Assembly (NCBI RefSeq): GCF_902459465.1
Contig: NC_047082.1
Coordinates: forward strand, 7,378,001-7,442,000
Direction of reading: 5' to 3'
Length of the DNA: 64,000 bases
Origin: Asterias rubens
Taxonomy: Eukaryota
A program made the translations under genes and the position numbers. Positions 58,198-64,000 of the stretch are shown piece by piece. The notes beneath the pieces were generated by a model, which worked only from the letters and a program-made list of their open reading frames with translations, made no database searches and was not told the DNA's origin. The first letter of the stretch is position 1; each line of letters opens with the position of its first letter.

Positions 58198-60646
58198 TAG
58201 TTCAGTTGCAGCCACCTGTCATATATCCTATATACAATGTTGGTAATCAATACTGAAGTGTAAAAAGGGAACAGACTACGAACCCTTTTTATTGCAACTT
58301 ATTGAAAGCCGTAAGTGCAAACCAAAACTGGATGCTACAGTTCGTAAAAATAATGATGGTTTTGTTGGAAACAAAGCGACAAATCATGGGATGAATGTTT
58401 TTGTTGAATGGACATTTGCAGAAGTGTTAATTTCGGTCATATTATCTGTTCAAACGATTCAATTCATTCGGCCGTACAAGCCAAACAGGGCAGTTGTTAA
58501 CGACAATGGAAAGGTCTATTGTGTTATCCTGCCTTGCCTAGATGTAAAAGGCGAAGCAAGGCGTCTGTTAATTGTGGAGCGCCGCAACAGTGCATGGCAA
58601 ACCACTAATAAAATGACAAGGATCTCTGGGTGTTGTATAAAACAAAAACAAGTTAGTTTACTTGCCTCTTTTGACTAACTACGTATATTTATTGTTATGG
58701 ATTTATTTTGTGTTCAAAAATGTTTACTAATGTTGGAATAAATCTTTATGGAGTTGAGATTAAGTTTGTTGACATGCCTGTTTGTGTGAAGTTGTACAAA
58801 GATGCTGCAGTAGAGGTAGTCTTTGTTTCAAGACGTTCATTATCACTCAAAAGCTTCCAGATCTCACCCACACATCACAAAAAAACGAGTTTGGGACTTC
58901 CAGAGAACGCCTCCCCTCTCTCGGTGAATTAGTTGCGACGTGTGTAGTGTTGAGTGTATGTAGGCACTATGGTTTTTTAATCTCAACAAGAACGTCCTGC
59001 ACCAAGGCAACACATGGCATCATACAAACACCTTCAAGGCTGAAATTTAGTAAGGGGGGGGGGGAGGGTCAACAAGACTGCCGGGCTTGTAGCTCTAAAT
59101 TTATTACAAGACTAGATCCAAAATGAGAAATAAAAGGCAATCTTCTGTCTTCGGCTTCCAAATTTAAGGGGATGGGTGATTTACTGAGGGACACAAAATA
59201 ATTACTGCATGTCTAGTACATGTACATCCACTGTTTGAAACTCAACCATGGTTTAGAATGGTGCCGATTCAGGAATGCTTAGTGTCCGATGACGACGGGT
59301 AAATAGCCATTAACTCCATTGTACATGTAATGAACCTGTACACTGAAAATGATTCATTCAAATTAACTACAATTTATTTTTGTCTATATATAATTTTATT
59401 GCATATGTTGAAAATCAAACTTGCTTTAAAAATGAAGGCATTACTACAGAAACGGTGCCATTTTACTACAAACTTGAACTTGCGTTTTCTTCCAACCTCT
59501 TAAAATCACAATGCAAGTACTACTAGCTAAGTATACATAGCAAATTAGGAAAACCATTGAAAGATAAAATAAATTATAATGAGTTTGATGAGGTTTTCAA
59601 ACCTAGTCTTGACTCAAGACAATGATCCATAGTGGATTGTGAATGTATGCTCGTCTCGTTGTAATAAATAAAAGCACCCTCTAACGCAGAAGAGTAAGGG
59701 CTTGTGCATTACTACGAGCGTACATACACAAATCCAAGAAAACTTCTCAAGTGAGGATCAAACCTCAAGCCGTCTATCTGTCTTCTGATCTGGGCTCAAT
59801 TTCACAACGAGTTAGGACTAGTCCTGACCATGGCTTATACAAGTATTTAAAATATTTATGATAAGTAAACTTTCACGTCATGCAAACTATACATAGATAC
59901 AAATTAATACAGGTACGATGTAATTATAGCCCAATATGTCTGTCATCATTGGTAATTGAAGTATTTTTCAAGAAACTTTCAGTTTGTGGGTTAGGATTAA
60001 AAAAGGAATAATGGTTTTTAGAACCTGTATACAGTTGTCAATCTTCAACTGGCGAGAAAAAACAAGAGCAGATGGTGACAATATTTTAATTTGACAGATT
60101 TTGTATAAAACCACTGAAATGATCTCAGTTTAAATGATGTTTAAGTGATAATTACAAAGTACTCATTTTAAAATGTAAATTAAGTTATCAACAAAGCTGT
60201 TGTGTCTGTTGAGAATCAGGCATTAGATTTTCAACAAAGAAATCTGCTTCATCAAGAAACAGTTATTATCTACAAAGACTGAAATCCAAGCTGTGATTTC
60301 TCTGATTTAAACACAAATATCACATCACTTCACTTCGAAAAAGGAGAAATTTACCAATCATTTTGATTTATATTTTTAGTTGATGCAACAGCAGTTGTGA
60401 AACAACCCAATGTAATGACAAACTCATTGTGAGCATGTTTTTAATTATACTATCAGCAAACTTCAGAGCCCTAAATGAAATGAAAACACATCATCTTGGG
60501 GATGGAGGAGGCGGGGGGGGGGGGGGGGGGGGGGTACACAGCATTGAATGGCAATGACTCCATTGATCAATGACAAAAGTTTACAAACATTTCAAAGTTA
60601 AATTTGTAGAGTGTAGAACGTACTTGATGTTTGGCGACTCACTACA

Positions 60647-61859
<1,213 letters not shown>

Positions 61860-62342
61860 GTTGAGGTGGATGAAGTAGTGTGTCGTTTAGACACGTCTAA
61901 CTCCTTAGGCGTTTATATTCTCTAGAAATTAAAAAAAGATTAAATTTACTGATGATCAATTCAAATCAAATGAGACCGGGCAGAGGGTTAAGATATGGCA
62001 ACTAAAGGGAAGGCGATTGCCTCCATGCCCCTTGGTCAATGCCTTCTTCATGGGAATCATGCCCATCTTCTTGCTTGAATGAAATGATCCAGTCCAGGTA
62101 GAAGTTTACAATTTCCCCTTGAATTAAAAATACTTTAGGATCACTTTATCAAGGTTAAGACAAGAGGTCAAGTAGAAAATGCCTTGCCCTTCTTATGATT
62201 GTGTCCTTGCCCTTTCAAAAACGAAGCATGCAGGATTGCAGGCCTGTATAATAATAGAATACACTTAATTATAATAGGGCTAGCTACAGTACTACAATAC
62301 AAACAAAGCAGTAACTCCATCATGTCCATGAAGGCATGATCA

Positions 62343-62495
62343 ATAAGGTTTATCGCGATTAGCAAAATATCAAGAGAGGGCGCTGTTGAACCCAATAGAA
62401 TAGGCATTGCGTGCGCGAGTCGTAGAAACTGCATAGAAAACGCCCCATATTCCTTCCCACAATGCATTACGTTTCTGAATCTCGATAAACCTTAT
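62343..62495. mobile_element. TAAGGTTTATCG-family MITE upstream of the ELOC coding start
   Basis: ataaggtttatcg ... caagagagggcgctgttg ... cgataaaccttat. Confidence 0.82.
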
Positions 62496-64000
62496 GGAGA
62501 GTGCGGAACAAAAATTTGATTTAAATTAAATCATAAATGATGGAGTGAATTTGATTTCGAGTTCGAATGGTTGGATTCACTTTGACTTTCTCATTCCCAA
62601 ATCAAAGAAACAAAGTCAAATAAACATGGTCAACAATCCACTACATTTTTTTAGAACAGAGACAGACTCTATCCTATTTGGAAAAGTTTCCGTATGGCGC
62701 CACCACTTTTTCATTCGAAATAAAATAATATAGTATCTAATTTACCTGATTGATATATCCCTTTTTGTAAAAATGAGTGAAAAAGTGGTTGCGCCATACG
62801 GAAAGTTATCCCTCTATTTAAAATACAAAGTTACGAAACGGACAAATCTTAATATCCAAAATAAAATTTGTCCGGAAACTAGGCGTTCCAAAACTTCCTC
62901 TAAAAAAAACAAGATTCGAAGTGAAATTAACCAGGGGTCTACTTTATAAATATAAAGTATTACCATAGTTATATTATTGATTATTACCTGATTATTTAAA
63001 ATGTCATCCGTCAAAAGTCGAACGTTTTTACCCAATATGTCGAATTTCCGTTTTGAGCTTGGCCTTGGTTTCGATGTTATTGATGCCGCGCCGAGACGAG
63101 ATCAGACAGTGTCCGTGCTTTATCAACTGTAGTTTTCGGATCTTTTGTTGGAGCATGACAACTTGTTTGATGTCATGAAAGGTTCATTGAGGCCCAAGGA
63201 TCCGATATTTAACCTAACACACACGCACACAAACAAGAGATTCCTTCTTTGTTCGCTGAGGGCGCCATGCCAATTAAACAGTACATTGTTTTTTTGATCC
63301 AGGCTTGAGCACAACCCAGCTTATCAGCACAGAACAGCAATTTATGCTTACCCGAATAAGGTTCCCAGCAAAAACACAATGTCATATGTATCGATAGTGA
63401 CTCGTTTCCTGCTATTACCAGTTGGTGTTCAGACAAGTTGCTTAATCTTTGGTCTGCTCCATTATGGATATTATTTGTCTTTAAAATTCTCAGAATTAGC
63501 AGGAAAATAAGCTTGCCAAAAGAAAAATAACTATTAGTTCTAGCATAGAGTGGTTCTCAAAGTATCTTCTGCTTTTAGCACTCTTTGGAGGGGCCAGGGA
63601 AATCTTTCAAAAACAAAGCATTTAGCAAAACAAGTGTTGTGAAAATGAGTATCAACTTAGATAAACTCTTATGGAATGAAAATTATTATCAGATGTTCAA
63701 TTAAGTTTGAGAAATATTTTCTTGTAGTAAGTAAACCAATGACTTCATATAAAAAATGAAATGACCCCTCAATAAAAATCGCAAATTGATTCTTAAAAAT
63801 ATTATTTATTTCATTTAATACAATTTATTCCACACTAAAAAAAAAAGAACTGTACAAAATATAGCCCTCACTAAAGAACATACATACTGAAAAAAATGAT
63901 AACAAATTTCTTCAAGTTAAAAACAAAAATACATAAAATTGAATTTGAGTTTCTGAATTGTTACTAACACAGTGACAAGGTTGACAAAAGATACCTGATT

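Noticed and set aside
58292-59126. 128-, 74- and 114-aa ORFs after the RNASEH1 stop
   Set aside because: Probably 3' UTR or intergenic; no motifs or splice support.

Overview
Eukaryotic, AT-rich, intron-rich animal DNA. The repeat repertoire and protein sequences suggest a marine invertebrate deuterostome, possibly an echinoderm (inference). Five conserved genes could be assembled exon by exon with GT-AG junctions and consistent phase: GALE (-, 8 exons, 352 aa), an RTN4IP1-like MDR oxidoreductase (+, 8 exons, 433 aa), RPS7 (-, 5 coding exons, 196 aa), RNASEH1 (+, 7 exons, 325 aa) and ELOC (-, 3 exons, 117 aa). Between GALE and RTN4IP1 lies a tandem cluster of three unnamed single-pass membrane protein genes (TM, juxtamembrane Cys cluster, PPxY tail; a signal peptide and Arg-rich ectodomain are resolved in two of them). 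RPS7 introns hold two paralogous H/ACA snoRNAs whose 5' pocket matches an LSU rRNA site (SNORA52-like). A 4.3-kb TIR element with a 3-bp TSD carries four retroelement fragments. There are many MITEs and SINEs. The most striking pattern is four independent tandem duplications that each straddle a splice site, in GALE, the third TM gene, RPS7 and ELOC. All calls were read by eye; no database search was run.
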